Source of the DNA: Planctomicrobium piriforme | GTDB lineage: Bacteria > Planctomycetota > Planctomycetia > Pirellulales > UBA1268 | Reading direction: 5' to 3' | DNA: 64,000 nucleotides | Assembly (NCBI GenBank): GCA_945869735.1 | Contig: CAMBPQ010000002.1 | Span: forward strand, 23,276-87,275 | Notes under the pieces: generated by a model | What the model was told of the DNA's origin: nothing | What the model saw: only the letters and a program-made list of their open reading frames with translations | The model's database searches: none | Shown: positions 21,822 through 30,844 of the stretch, in pieces | How positions within the stretch are numbered: the stretch's first letter is position 1 | Layout: each line of letters opens with the position of its first letter | Made by a program: the position numbers and the translations under genes

Positions 21822-22181
21822 TTAGCCGCCGGCAGCCTTGGCCCGGGCACGCTTCAGCGTTCCGAGGTCGGCGCCGCACCTGCGACAGACACGGATCTTG
21901 CCACCATCGGCCGACACCTTCGCACCAAGACGGGCCGCCTTGTCGCACGCTGTGCAGACAACGAGCACGTTCGATACGTCGATCGGCATCTCCTTGCTGA
22001 GCCGGCCCCCCTGCGGGTTCTTCTGACTGCGGCGAATATGGCGGTAGACGCGATTCACGCCCTCCACCACGATCCGCTGGCAGCCTTCCTTCTCCGGAAG
22101 TACCGACAGCACCTTGGCGCGGGTGCCCTTGGCATTGCCCGTCCGCACTTCGACGATATCGCCCGATCGGATCAACATCAC
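21822..22181 (-). CDS. rplX: 50S ribosomal protein L24
   Basis: [15 protein letters not shown]. Confidence 0.95.
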   Translation of the reverse strand: MMLIRSGDIVEVRTGNAKGTRAKVLSVLPEKEGCQRIVVEGVNRVYRHIRRSQKNPQGGRLSKEMPIDVSNVLVVCTACDKAARLGAKVSADGGKIRVCRRCGADLGTLKRARAKAAGG

Positions 22182-22546
22182 ACCACCTCGCTCGCCAGAC
22201 TGACGATCTTCATGAAGTTGCGGTCGCGAAGTTCGCGGGCCACGGCCCCGAAGATACGCGTGCCTTTGGGATTCTTTTCGTTATCGATGATCACGCAGGC
22301 GTTGGAGTCGAAGCGGACATAACTGCCGTCGTCGCGACGCGTCGGCTTCTTCACCCGGACGATGACAGCCTTCACGACCGCCTTCTTCTTCACTTCACTG
22401 CCTGGAATCACACTCTTGACGCTGCAGACGATAATGTCACCCAGGCCGGCAGTCCGCCGACGACTCCCGCCAAGAACCTTGAAGCACATCACTTCCTTCG
22501 CACCAGTGTTGTCTGCGACAGCGAGTCGCGTCTGCATCTGGATCAT
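22178..22546 (-). CDS. rplN: 50S ribosomal protein L14
   Basis: [21 protein letters not shown]. Confidence 0.98.
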   Translation of the reverse strand: MIQMQTRLAVADNTGAKEVMCFKVLGGSRRRTAGLGDIIVCSVKSVIPGSEVKKKAVVKAVIVRVKKPTRRDDGSYVRFDSNACVIIDNEKNPKGTRIFGAVARELRDRNFMKIVSLASEVV

Positions 22547-22908
22547 GTCGCCCGTCCTTCCACCACTTTGCCGCTACCAGTGGCTGCGGCCGCCTCGGCC
22601 TTCGCCGCGGTTTCTCTGAGCTGGGTGGCCCGGGCTCCGCTCCGCAGCGAGGCCACGTCGACGGCCGTGCTTTTCTTCACAACTCGAACGAGCTCCCAAC
22701 GCTTCAGGCGGCTCCGCGGCCGGCACTCGACGATCTCAACGAGGTCGCCGTTGTGCGAATCGTCGTTCTCGTCGTGCACATGACACACCGTCCGCCGGTG
22801 AAGAATTCGACCGTACTTCGGATGCCGAACGACACGTGGAATCTCCACGCGTCGCGTCTTGCTCGCGGCGTCGCTCGTCACCGTGCCTGTTTCCACTCGC
22901 TTCGGCAT
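22543..22908 (-). CDS. rpsQ: 30S ribosomal protein S17 with C-terminal extension
   Basis: [20 protein letters not shown]. Confidence 0.95.
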   Translation of the reverse strand: MPKRVETGTVTSDAASKTRRVEIPRVVRHPKYGRILHRRTVCHVHDENDDSHNGDLVEIVECRPRSRLKRWELVRVVKKSTAVDVASLRSGARATQLRETAAKAEAAAATGSGKVVEGRAT

Positions 22909-22951
22909 GAACTCGTTCCTGGGATTATCTCGTTTCAGTGTCTCGTGTCAG

Positions 22952-23305
22952 TCAGATGCCGCTTTGCGTTCGCTTTTTGAACGTCGGCTTCCGGGCCACG
23001 TCGCCCTGACCGCTGGCCTTGAGTTTGGCTCGGCCGCTGGCATGGCGCTTCTTCGCATGCTTGTCATGCTGTGGCGATTCGTTCGCGGCTTCGGCGGCGA
23101 CGGCCGGAGCCAGCGTGCCACGCTGGGAAAGAATGGTTTGGCACCGGGCGATCGTTCGCCGCTGCTTCTTCATCTCCGACGGTGCAGCGATCTTCTCGGT
23201 CTGCGCCTTAATCCGCAGGCGGAAAAGTGTTTCCGCCGCGTCCTTCCAGACAAGCCGAATTTGCTCGTCGCCCATGTCCCGCAACTCTTTGACCTTGGCC
23301 ATCAT
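22952..23305 (-). CDS. rpmC: 50S ribosomal protein L29 with basic C-terminal extension
   Basis: Position between rplP and rpsQ; LFRLRIK...RRTIARCQTIL core. Confidence 0.92.
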   Translation of the reverse strand: MMAKVKELRDMGDEQIRLVWKDAAETLFRLRIKAQTEKIAAPSEMKKQRRTIARCQTILSQRGTLAPAVAAEAANESPQHDKHAKKRHASGRAKLKASGQGDVARKPTFKKRTQSGI

Positions 23306-23315
23306 GTCTCTTTCC

Positions 23316-23732
23316 TTACATCACCCGACGCTTCACGAACCGCACGCGAACTGGCATCTTGTGTGCCAGCCGGGCCAGGCACATCCGCGCGGCGTCCTCG
23401 GCCACGCCGCCAATCTCATACAGAATCATGCCCGGCTTGATCACTGCAGCCCAATACTCCGGCTCACCCTTACCCTTACCCATACGGGTTTCGAGTGGGA
23501 TCGACGTAATCGATTTGTGTGGGAACACGCGCACGTACAGCCGTCCCTCCGTGCGGAGGTACTGCTGAGCCGCAATGCGGCCAGCCTCGATCGTCGCCGC
23601 AGGAAGCCATCCCGGCTGTTCGGCCTGAAGACCGAAATCGCCGAAGACGACGCGATTCCCGCGAGAGGCGTCACCTCTTATACGACCTCTTTGGCTTTTT
23701 CGGTGCTTGACCCTCTTGGGCATCAGCGCCAT
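23316..23732 (-). CDS. rplP: 50S ribosomal protein L16
   Basis: MPKRVKHRK, TRMGKGKGEPEYW. Confidence 0.98.
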   Translation of the reverse strand: MALMPKRVKHRKSQRGRIRGDASRGNRVVFGDFGLQAEQPGWLPAATIEAGRIAAQQYLRTEGRLYVRVFPHKSITSIPLETRMGKGKGEPEYWAAVIKPGMILYEIGGVAEDAARMCLARLAHKMPVRVRFVKRRVM

Positions 23733-24366
23733 CGCCAGTCTCCTCGTACATGCCTTGGTTGACCCACACTTGTATCCCGATGTTGCCCTGCGCCGTGGGA
23801 GCCTCGCAGAACCCGTAGTCTATCTTCGCCCGGAGCGTGGAGAGCGGCATTGAGCCGGCAATCGCCTTCTCACACCGCGACATCTCGGCACCGCCAAGTC
23901 GTCCAGCAAGCTGGATCTTCACGCCCTTGGCGCCCGCGTCCATCGTCGTGTCGAGAGCACGCTTGAGCGTGCGTCGGAAAGCCGCACGCTTCGAGAGTTG
24001 GTCGGCGATGTCCTCCGCGATGAGCTGCGCCTGAATCTCGGGACGGCTGACCTCTTCGACCTTGAGGTTCACGCGGCGTCCGAGCAACTCCTGGAGTTCG
24101 TCCTGCAGGCGATCCACCTCTTGGCCCTTGCGGCCGATGATCACACCCGGACGCGCCGAAAAGAGGATCACCTTGACCTCGTCGCGCGTCCGCTCGATCT
24201 CCACCTTGGGGATGGCAGCCGCACGGTACTTGGTCTTGAGGAACTTCCGCACGCGGACGTCCTCGAGCAGGAGAGCCTTGAACTCCTTCTTCGTCGCGTA
24301 CCAGCGGCTCTTCCACGGTTCCGTGATACCGGTGCGGAAGCCGACGGGGTGGACTTTTTGACCCAT
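23671..24366 (-). CDS. rpsC: 30S ribosomal protein S3
   Basis: MGQKVHPVGFR, RPGVIIGRKG, GRLGGAEM, PLSTLRAKIDY. Confidence 0.98.
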   Translation of the reverse strand: MGQKVHPVGFRTGITEPWKSRWYATKKEFKALLLEDVRVRKFLKTKYRAAAIPKVEIERTRDEVKVILFSARPGVIIGRKGQEVDRLQDELQELLGRRVNLKVEEVSRPEIQAQLIAEDIADQLSKRAAFRRTLKRALDTTMDAGAKGVKIQLAGRLGGAEMSRCEKAIAGSMPLSTLRAKIDYGFCEAPTAQGNIGIQVWVNQGMYEETGDGADAQEGQAPKKPKRSYKR

Positions 24367-24376
24367 GGTTACTTCC

Positions 24377-24739
24377 TCACTTCGCCGCTTCTTGGCCGGT
24401 CACAGACACGACCGTATCGAGCGACACTTTGATGTGCGACATCCGACGTTTGATCCCGAACGCCATCCCGCGAGCCCGCGGGCGAATGCGCTTGAACATC
24501 GGCCCACCGTCGATCCGTGCGTCGATCACCACAAGATCGTCCACGCCGGGAGCCTGACGGTGCTCGGCGTTGCCGAGGGCGCTCTTGATCACTTTCTCGA
24601 GCATCCGAGCCCCGCGGTGCGGCTGAAACCTCAGGATATCGAGGGCCTCGTCGGCGAACTTTCCGCGCACGAGGTCCGCCAGCGCCCGCACCTTGCGAGG
24701 GCTGATCCGGGCGTATTTGTGGGTGGCTGAGTAGGGCAT
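24377..24739 (-). CDS. rplV: 50S ribosomal protein L22
   Basis: RISPRKVR, RPRARG, SHIKV. Confidence 0.97.
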   Translation of the reverse strand: MPYSATHKYARISPRKVRALADLVRGKFADEALDILRFQPHRGARMLEKVIKSALGNAEHRQAPGVDDLVVIDARIDGGPMFKRIRPRARGMAFGIKRRMSHIKVSLDTVVSVTGQEAAK

Positions 24740-24761
24740 GAATCACCTTGGTCACCACGGG

Positions 24762-25049
24762 TTATTTACCCGGGGGAGCCGCCTCCTTCACCTTGCCGCC
24801 GTGCCCGCGGAACGTCCGCGTCGGCGAAAACTCACCGAGTTTATGGCCGACCATGTCCTCGCTGATCATCACCTTCACATGCTGCTTGCCGTTGTGCACC
24901 ATGAACGTCAGCCCGATGAACTCGGGAACGATCGTGCACGACCGCGACCACGTCTTGATCGGGTCGCGCTTGCCACTGGCAAGCTGCGCTTCAACCTTTT
25001 CGAACACACGGGGGTCGACATACGGCCCCTTTTTTGCACTGCGTCCCAT
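24762..25049 (-). CDS. rpsS: 30S ribosomal protein S19
   Basis: [19 protein letters not shown]. Confidence 0.98.
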   Translation of the reverse strand: MGRSAKKGPYVDPRVFEKVEAQLASGKRDPIKTWSRSCTIVPEFIGLTFMVHNGKQHVKVMISEDMVGHKLGEFSPTRTFRGHGGKVKEAAPPGK

Positions 25050-25051
25050 GA

Positions 25052-25909
25052 TTACCTCAGCTTCAACTGGCCGTAACGGCGGCTCTTCCGCCGACGAATG
25101 ATCGCCGTACTCGACGCCTTGCGGGGCTTTCGCGTCCCGCCGCCCTTCGCACTCTTTCCCGTCGGACTGACGGGGTGCCGACCACCCTTGGTACGGCCTT
25201 CACCACCGCCGTGGGGATGGTCGACGGGATTCATCGCCGTGCCGCGGACGTGCGGGCGAATGCCCATCCAGCGTGACCGTCCAGCCTTCCCAAGGCGAAC
25301 ATTCATGTGCTCCGAGTTTCCGATCGATCCGATCGTCGCCCGGCACGCCGCCGGTACGCGGCGGATTTCGCCGGACGGCAGCGTGATCTGAGCCCACTGA
25401 GCCTCGCGTGCCACCAAGACCGCCGACGAGCCAGCGGAACGGCACAGCCGGCCGCCGCGGCCCGCCTGCAACTCGATGTTGTGGATCTGCATCCCCAGGG
25501 GAATCGCCGACATCGGGAGACAGTTGCCAACCTCCGGCGGTGATGATTCGCCGCTCATCAGCGTGGCACCGACGACGAGGCCCTCGGGCGCGAGAATGAA
25601 ACGCTTTTCGCCGTCGGCATAGTGCAGGAGGGCGACCCGGCATGTGCGGTTGGGATCGTACTGAATCGAGTGCACGTTGCCCGGCACGCCGTCCTTGTTG
25701 CGACGGAAGTCGATCAGCCGATAGTGCTGCATGTGGCCACCGCCACGGTGACGCGCGGTAATCTTGCCCTGATTGTTGCGGCCGCCCTTCTTGTGCTTGC
25801 GGACGCGAAGCCCCTTCGGCGCACCGGCACCCGGCGTGAGCTCAGCAAAGTCAGAAACGCTCGCGCCGCGGCGACCGGGACTCGTCGGGTTGTAGCTGCG
25901 GATACCCAT
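25052..25909 (-). CDS. rplB: 50S ribosomal protein L2
   Basis: [28 protein letters not shown]. Confidence 0.99.
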   Translation of the reverse strand: MGIRSYNPTSPGRRGASVSDFAELTPGAGAPKGLRVRKHKKGGRNNQGKITARHRGGGHMQHYRLIDFRRNKDGVPGNVHSIQYDPNRTCRVALLHYADGEKRFILAPEGLVVGATLMSGESSPPEVGNCLPMSAIPLGMQIHNIELQAGRGGRLCRSAGSSAVLVAREAQWAQITLPSGEIRRVPAACRATIGSIGNSEHMNVRLGKAGRSRWMGIRPHVRGTAMNPVDHPHGGGEGRTKGGRHPVSPTGKSAKGGGTRKPRKASSTAIIRRRKSRRYGQLKLR

Positions 25910-25946
25910 GGGATCGTGTCGTGCTCGAGGAGTGCGGTGCTACAGG

Positions 25947-26267
25947 CTAGAACAGGTTGATCTTGAACTCGGGCTTGAGCGTCACGACAGCCTTCTTCCA
26001 GGCCTTCGTGCTGGTGCGGCGAACCCGACTGCGACGCATCTTGCCGATGCGGTTTTGCACGGCCACCTTCTCGACCCTGACGTTGAACATTTCCTCGACG
26101 GCGCGGCGGATGTCGGCCTTATTGGCCTCTTTGACCACCTCGAAGGAGTACGCGTTGTGGCGATTCGCGCGATGCATGCCCTTCTCGGTGACGAGGGGAC
26201 GCAGGATCACCTGATGGGGCGCAAGGCGGGGCGAAAAAGCCGGGAGGGGAGCGATGGGCACTGACAT
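25947..26267 (-). CDS. rplW: 50S ribosomal protein L23
   Basis: RPLVTEK, WKKAVVTL. Confidence 0.96.
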   Translation of the reverse strand: MSVPIAPLPAFSPRLAPHQVILRPLVTEKGMHRANRHNAYSFEVVKEANKADIRRAVEEMFNVRVEKVAVQNRIGKMRRSRVRRTSTKAWKKAVVTLKPEFKINLF

Positions 26268-26270
26268 GGC

Positions 26271-27008
26271 CTACTTCGTCTCCTTCTTCGAGGCACTGCC
26301 TAGCGACTTCTTCGCCGCGGGCTTGGCAGCCTTTGCGGGCTTCGCGAAGACCTTCTTCTTGGCACCGGCAGCTGGGTTGTTGGCAGCCACTGCTGAGGCA
26401 CGGAAGGCGTCGATTGCGGCCTTTGTCATGACGATCGAACGAGGCCGAAGGATCGACCATGCATTCAGTTCGGCCACAGGGGCCACCGACAACCCTTCGA
26501 TGTTGCGGGCACTCTTCCAGAAGTTGGCGTCGTGCTTTTCGGGCGCGACGAGCACCGTTTTCTCGCCGAGCCCAAGTTTCTTGAGCATGCCCGCCACGAT
26601 GGCGGTCTTCGGGGCAGCGATGGAAATCGAGTCGATGAGCTTGACTTCGTCGTCGGCAATCCGCGAAGCGAGGGCCATGCGAGTGGCCTGCTGCAGAGCC
26701 TTGCGGGGCATGCGCCAGCCGAAATCGCGAGGCCGCTTGGCGAAGATGTGACCACCGCCACGCCGCGTGCCGCTGCGCCGACCGCCGGCACGAGCGTTAC
26801 CCGTACCCTTCTGTTTATAAAGCTTCCGTGTCGACCCGGCGACCTCTCCACGAGTCTTGGTCTTTTGCGTGCCCTGCCGCTGATTGGCCTGGTACATGAC
26901 GACGGCGTCGTGCAGCAACTGCTTGCTCACACGAGGAGCGATTTCCGAAGGGTCGATCTCGTAAGACCCAACCTGATTACCAGAAATGTCGTAGACGGCG
27001 ATGTTCAC
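26271..27008 (-). CDS. rplD: 50S ribosomal protein L4 with Lys/Ala-rich tail
   Basis: KTRGEVAGSTRKLYKQKGTGNARAG, GGGHIFAKRPR. Confidence 0.97.
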   Translation of the reverse strand: MNIAVYDISGNQVGSYEIDPSEIAPRVSKQLLHDAVVMYQANQRQGTQKTKTRGEVAGSTRKLYKQKGTGNARAGGRRSGTRRGGGHIFAKRPRDFGWRMPRKALQQATRMALASRIADDEVKLIDSISIAAPKTAIVAGMLKKLGLGEKTVLVAPEKHDANFWKSARNIEGLSVAPVAELNAWSILRPRSIVMTKAAIDAFRASAVAANNPAAGAKKKVFAKPAKAAKPAAKKSLGSASKKETK

Positions 27009-27778
27009 TTGCCACCAGCCTTCTTCTTGCCGGCCGTGGCCGCTGGGGTACCGACCCGTCGGATCTTGTTGGTCTGCATCACGGTGACGTACGAACCATT
27101 CGGGCCCGGCACGGCCCCACGAACAAGAAGCAGGTTTTGCTCCTTGTCGATACGGACAAGTTTCACGTTCCGCATCGTCGAACGCTCATTGCCGTAGCGG
27201 CCGGCCATTCGCTTGCCCTTGAACACACGCCCCGGCGATGTGTTCATGCCCGTACCGCCCTGATGGCGGTGCACCTTCTTCACGCCGTGGCTCGCCCGCT
27301 GGCCTTTGAAACCATGACGCTTCATGACGCCGGCGGTGCCCCGGCCCTTGGTGGTGCCGGTGACGTCAACGAACTCGACGCCCTCAAAAAGGTCGACGGT
27401 CAACACCTGACCGACCTCCGCACCTTCATACGTGCCGCGAAGTTCACGAACGAACCGCTGTGGCTCGCAATCGGCTTTTGGAACAACAGGCACGCCACCC
27501 TCGGCCCGCCGCTTGGCCCGCCGACTGTCGAGTTTGGCGACCTGGCCACGAATGCTCTTGCTGGCCAACCGGCGGGGCTTGTCGAGAAACCCGATCTGCA
27601 CGGCCGCATAACCGTCGCGATCGGACGAACGGACAGTCATCACGGGACACGGCCCGGCTTCGATCACGGTCACGGGAACCACAGTGCCATTGGCGTCGAA
27701 AATCTGGGTCATTCCGACCTTGCGGCCCAGCAGGCCCTTGCGGCCTTTTTTCTCGGGTGTCTTTGTCAATGCAGCCAT
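27005..27778 (-). CDS. rplC: 50S ribosomal protein L3
   Basis: GRKVGMT, GYAAVQIG, KGRGTAGVMKRHGF, GAVPG; start approximate. Confidence 0.97.
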   Translation of the reverse strand: MAALTKTPEKKGRKGLLGRKVGMTQIFDANGTVVPVTVIEAGPCPVMTVRSSDRDGYAAVQIGFLDKPRRLASKSIRGQVAKLDSRRAKRRAEGGVPVVPKADCEPQRFVRELRGTYEGAEVGQVLTVDLFEGVEFVDVTGTTKGRGTAGVMKRHGFKGQRASHGVKKVHRHQGGTGMNTSPGRVFKGKRMAGRYGNERSTMRNVKLVRIDKEQNLLLVRGAVPGPNGSYVTVMQTNKIRRVGTPAATAGKKKAGGK

Positions 27779-27987
27779 GATGATCGCCGTCGCGACACGA
27801 GCCATGTCCGCAGACGCCATGAGCGACTGCAGCGGTGCCGTGCCTCGTATTCACGCTCGAAGCCGTTGGCTGCGGGAGCACCAGGGACATTTGTCCCCGA
27901 CCTTACCCGCAACGCCTTCCAAGCATGCCGTGTCGTGCGCTCCTGTGATGAATCCTTGTTCCACGAACCCGTCGCGGCCGCTGCCCC

Positions 27988-28032
27988 GACAGAACCTAAC
28001 TGGACAGAACCTAACTGGACGGAACCTACCTG
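27988..28032. repeat. 3 x 15-bp tandem repeat spanning the rpsJ stop codon
   Basis: GACAGAACCTAACTG / GACAGAACCTAACTG / GACGGAACCTACCTG. Confidence 0.9.
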
Positions 28033-28352
28033 GACGAAGCCTTAATCTTGATGTCGACTCCCGCAGGGAGACTCAACTTATTGAGTGCCTCGATCGTCTT
28101 GGCCGTGGCCTGGACGATGTCAATCACCCGCTTGTGTGTTCGAATCTCGAACTGCTGCCGAGCCTTTTTGTCGACGTGGGGGCTGGAGAGCACGGTGTAC
28201 CGTTCGATCCGCGTCGGCAGCGGAATGGGGCCGTGCACCTCAGAGTTTGTCCGCTTGGCCGTGTCGACGATCTCAGCCGCGCTCTGGTCGAGCACGGCAT
28301 GGTCGTAGGCCTCCATGCGAATGCGGATAATCTCTTGTGTCGGACCGGCCAC
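28026..28352 (-). CDS. rpsJ: 30S ribosomal protein S10
   Basis: [36 protein letters not shown]; GTG at 28352 preceded by GGAG. Confidence 0.98.
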   Translation of the reverse strand: MAGPTQEIIRIRMEAYDHAVLDQSAAEIVDTAKRTNSEVHGPIPLPTRIERYTVLSSPHVDKKARQQFEIRTHKRVIDIVQATAKTIEALNKLSLPAGVDIKIKASSR

Positions 28353-28520
28353 AGGGCAACTCCAATGAATCCAAACGACGAAGACGAACCGGAAGACGTC
28401 CAACCGCACATCGCCAGCGGCACGCATGCCGCCAACGCCTGGAAAACCCTTGGGAAAGGGCTCCCTGCAACGTCATTCTCCTGCCCGGGGGGCTGGGACA
28501 TCGCAGCGATCGAGCTCCGA

Positions 28521-28549
28521 AATCTAAAGTCGCCCCCGGGCAGTGTCAA
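28521..28549 (-). promoter_or_regulatory. Sigma70 promoter of the S10 operon
   Basis: TTGACA (28549-28544), 17 nt, TAGATT (28526-28521); leader of about 160 nt to rpsJ. Confidence 0.8.
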
Positions 28550-28687
28550 CACACGGGGTTTTTCGCCGTACTTTACGGGAACTCGCCCCCTGAAATGCCC
28601 GCGACGCCCACCACCCCATTCCGTTCCGCACCACGCACGCGATTGCCACCCGTTTTCCCATCGCTCGCGCTCCGGGCTTGCTGAGAA

Positions 28688-28720
28688 CAGGAAGCCCCCA
28701 TCGCGAGCGCGGGGAATCCG
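28688..28720 (+). repeat. Isolated REP-like unit downstream of fusA
   Basis: CAGGAAGCCCCCATCGCGAGCGCGGGGAATCC matches units at 38731, 38961 and 62307. Confidence 0.65.
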
Positions 28721-28744
28721 GCCCGCCACCCCACCAGCCGCCTC

Positions 28745-30844
28745 TTACATGAACGCATCGGCCGTTTCCGCCGGGGCTGGACCGTATTTCAGGGGCGCCA
28801 TCGTAAAACTCGCCCGCCCCTGGCTCACGCTCCGCACGGCGGCCGAGTAGCCAAACATGCTCGCCAAGGGGGCTTCCGCCGTGAGCACGGTGGCACCACC
28901 GCGGATCTCGGTGGCCGTGATGATCGCCCGCCGCTGCTGGAGGTCGTTAATCACGTCGCCCAGGTGCTCCTCGGGCACCGTCACCTCGACCCGCATCACC
29001 GGCTCCAGGAGCACAGTGCCGGACTTGGCGAGCATGTTTTCGATCGCGTCGGCTGCGGCGATCCGGATGGCGATGTCAGAAGGGGGCGGCTCGGGGATCG
29101 GGCTCTCGACGACCACAATCCGCACACCCCACAGGGGGCAGCCCTTGAGGCCACCTCGCTCCGCAGATTCGCGGACGCTCTGCGTCATCGTCGCGGCGAT
29201 GGCGAGGAGTGTTTCGCTCTCGGGGAACCAGCCCTGCTCGACCGTCACCGGCGCTTGATCCGCGGTGGGCTCGGCCGCGAGCGTGACCGTGGCCACGAGC
29301 GTCTGGCCGGCCACCTGGCGGTTGGACTCGCCGCTCACGCGAACCTCCCTGCCGAGCGTCTCCTTGTAGCTCACCCGTGGCTTGTGGACTCGACACTTGA
29401 GCTTGAAATCCCGCTCCAGTCGGTGCCGGATGACTTCCAGATGGAGCTCGCCCATGCCTGAAATCAAGGTCTGCCCCGTCTCGTCGCTCTCGACAGCCCG
29501 GAAGGTCGGATCCTGCCGCTTCATCATCTCGAGCGTCTCGGCGAGTTTCTTCCGCTCGAGGCTCGTTTCGGGCTCGATCGCCATCGAGATCACGGTCTCG
29601 GGGAACGTGATCGCCTCCAGCACGACGGGAGCGTTTGCGTCGCAGAGCGTGTCGCCCGTGACGCTCGCTCGCGGGCCGATCACCCCCACGATATCGCCCG
29701 CGAATGCCTCGTCGATCTGCTCGCGGCGATCGGCCTGCACGTGCCAGAGCTGGGCGATGTTTTCCTTCTTCTGCTTGAGCGGGTTCCAGGCCCTGCTGCC
29801 CGCCTTGAGGGTGCCCGAATAGACGCGGACGAAGTACAGGTCGCCATGCTTCTCGGCGATGATCTTGAACACAAGGCCGCAAAACGGGGCCTTCGGATCG
29901 GTGCCTCGCACGATCGTGGTGGGCGTCTTGGCCGTCGGATCAAGGCCCTCCACCGGCGGCACGTCGGCCGGACTCGGCAGGTACCAGGCCACGGCGTCGA
30001 GCACCGGCTGGACCCCGATGCAGTCGAGGGCGGAGCCGGCCAGGATCGGCACGACCTTCCTTTGAATCGTGGCCTGACGGATTGCCTTCCGCATGAGGTC
30101 GGCGGGAATCGCCGCCTCCTGCATCGCCAGCTCCGCGATCTCGTCGGAAAAGTCGAAGAGCGTGGCGACGAGTTGCTCGCGGTAGAGGGCCGCCTCGTCG
30201 GCGAGTTCCTCCGGAATCGGCGCGGCCGTGACCTTCGTGAGCGCCTCGCCACCGGCGAGCGCCTCGTCCTTGGGTGGGAAGCTCAGCAGTTTCATCTCGA
30301 CCAGATCGATGATCCCGCGGAACGGATCCTTCACGTGGGGCGGCCCGAGGCCCTGCGGGAGGTGGAGGATCAGCGGCTTCGCCCCCAACCGCTTCTCGAT
30401 CTGGCCGACGGTGCCGAAGAAGTCGGCCCCCTCACGATCGAGCTTGTTGACGAGCGCGAGCCGGGGCACGCCGTATTTGTCGGCCTGCCGCCAGACCGTC
30501 TCGCTCTGGGCTTCGACCCCTTCGCGGGCACTGAACACCACCACCGCCCCGTCGAGCACGCGGAGGCTGCGCTCCACCTCGGCCGTGAAATCGACGTGGC
30601 CGGGCGTGTCGATCAGGTTGACGGTCACGTTCTTCCACTGGAACGACACGGCCGCGGAATAGATCGTGATCCCCCGCTCCTGCTCCTCGGGATCGAAGTC
30701 GGTGATCGTGGTGCCGCGATCCACCTCGCCGAGCCGGTGGCTCGTCTTCGTGAAAAAGAGCATCCGCTCCGTCAGCGTGGTCTTGCCGGCGTCGATGTGG
30801 GCGACAATGCCGATGTTGCGGATGTTTTCGATCGTGCGTGCCAT
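28745..30844 (-). CDS. fusA: Elongation factor G (divergent paralog-like)
   Basis: AHIDAGKTT, ERGITI, DTPGHVDF, NKLD, GMGELHLE; ATG overlaps the argS stop (TGATG). Confidence 0.9.
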   Translation of the reverse strand: MARTIENIRNIGIVAHIDAGKTTLTERMLFFTKTSHRLGEVDRGTTITDFDPEEQERGITIYSAAVSFQWKNVTVNLIDTPGHVDFTAEVERSLRVLDGAVVVFSAREGVEAQSETVWRQADKYGVPRLALVNKLDREGADFFGTVGQIEKRLGAKPLILHLPQGLGPPHVKDPFRGIIDLVEMKLLSFPPKDEALAGGEALTKVTAAPIPEELADEAALYREQLVATLFDFSDEIAELAMQEAAIPADLMRKAIRQATIQRKVVPILAGSALDCIGVQPVLDAVAWYLPSPADVPPVEGLDPTAKTPTTIVRGTDPKAPFCGLVFKIIAEKHGDLYFVRVYSGTLKAGSRAWNPLKQKKENIAQLWHVQADRREQIDEAFAGDIVGVIGPRASVTGDTLCDANAPVVLEAITFPETVISMAIEPETSLERKKLAETLEMMKRQDPTFRAVESDETGQTLISGMGELHLEVIRHRLERDFKLKCRVHKPRVSYKETLGREVRVSGESNRQVAGQTLVATVTLAAEPTADQAPVTVEQGWFPESETLLAIAATMTQSVRESAERGGLKGCPLWGVRIVVVESPIPEPPPSDIAIRIAAADAIENMLAKSGTVLLEPVMRVEVTVPEEHLGDVINDLQQRRAIITATEIRGGATVLTAEAPLASMFGYSAAVRSVSQGRASFTMAPLKYGPAPAETADAFM

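Noticed and set aside
27988-28041. 15-bp repeats as a mini-CRISPR or iteron array
   Set aside because: The repeats are contiguous with no spacers and no Rep gene; simple tandem duplication explains them.
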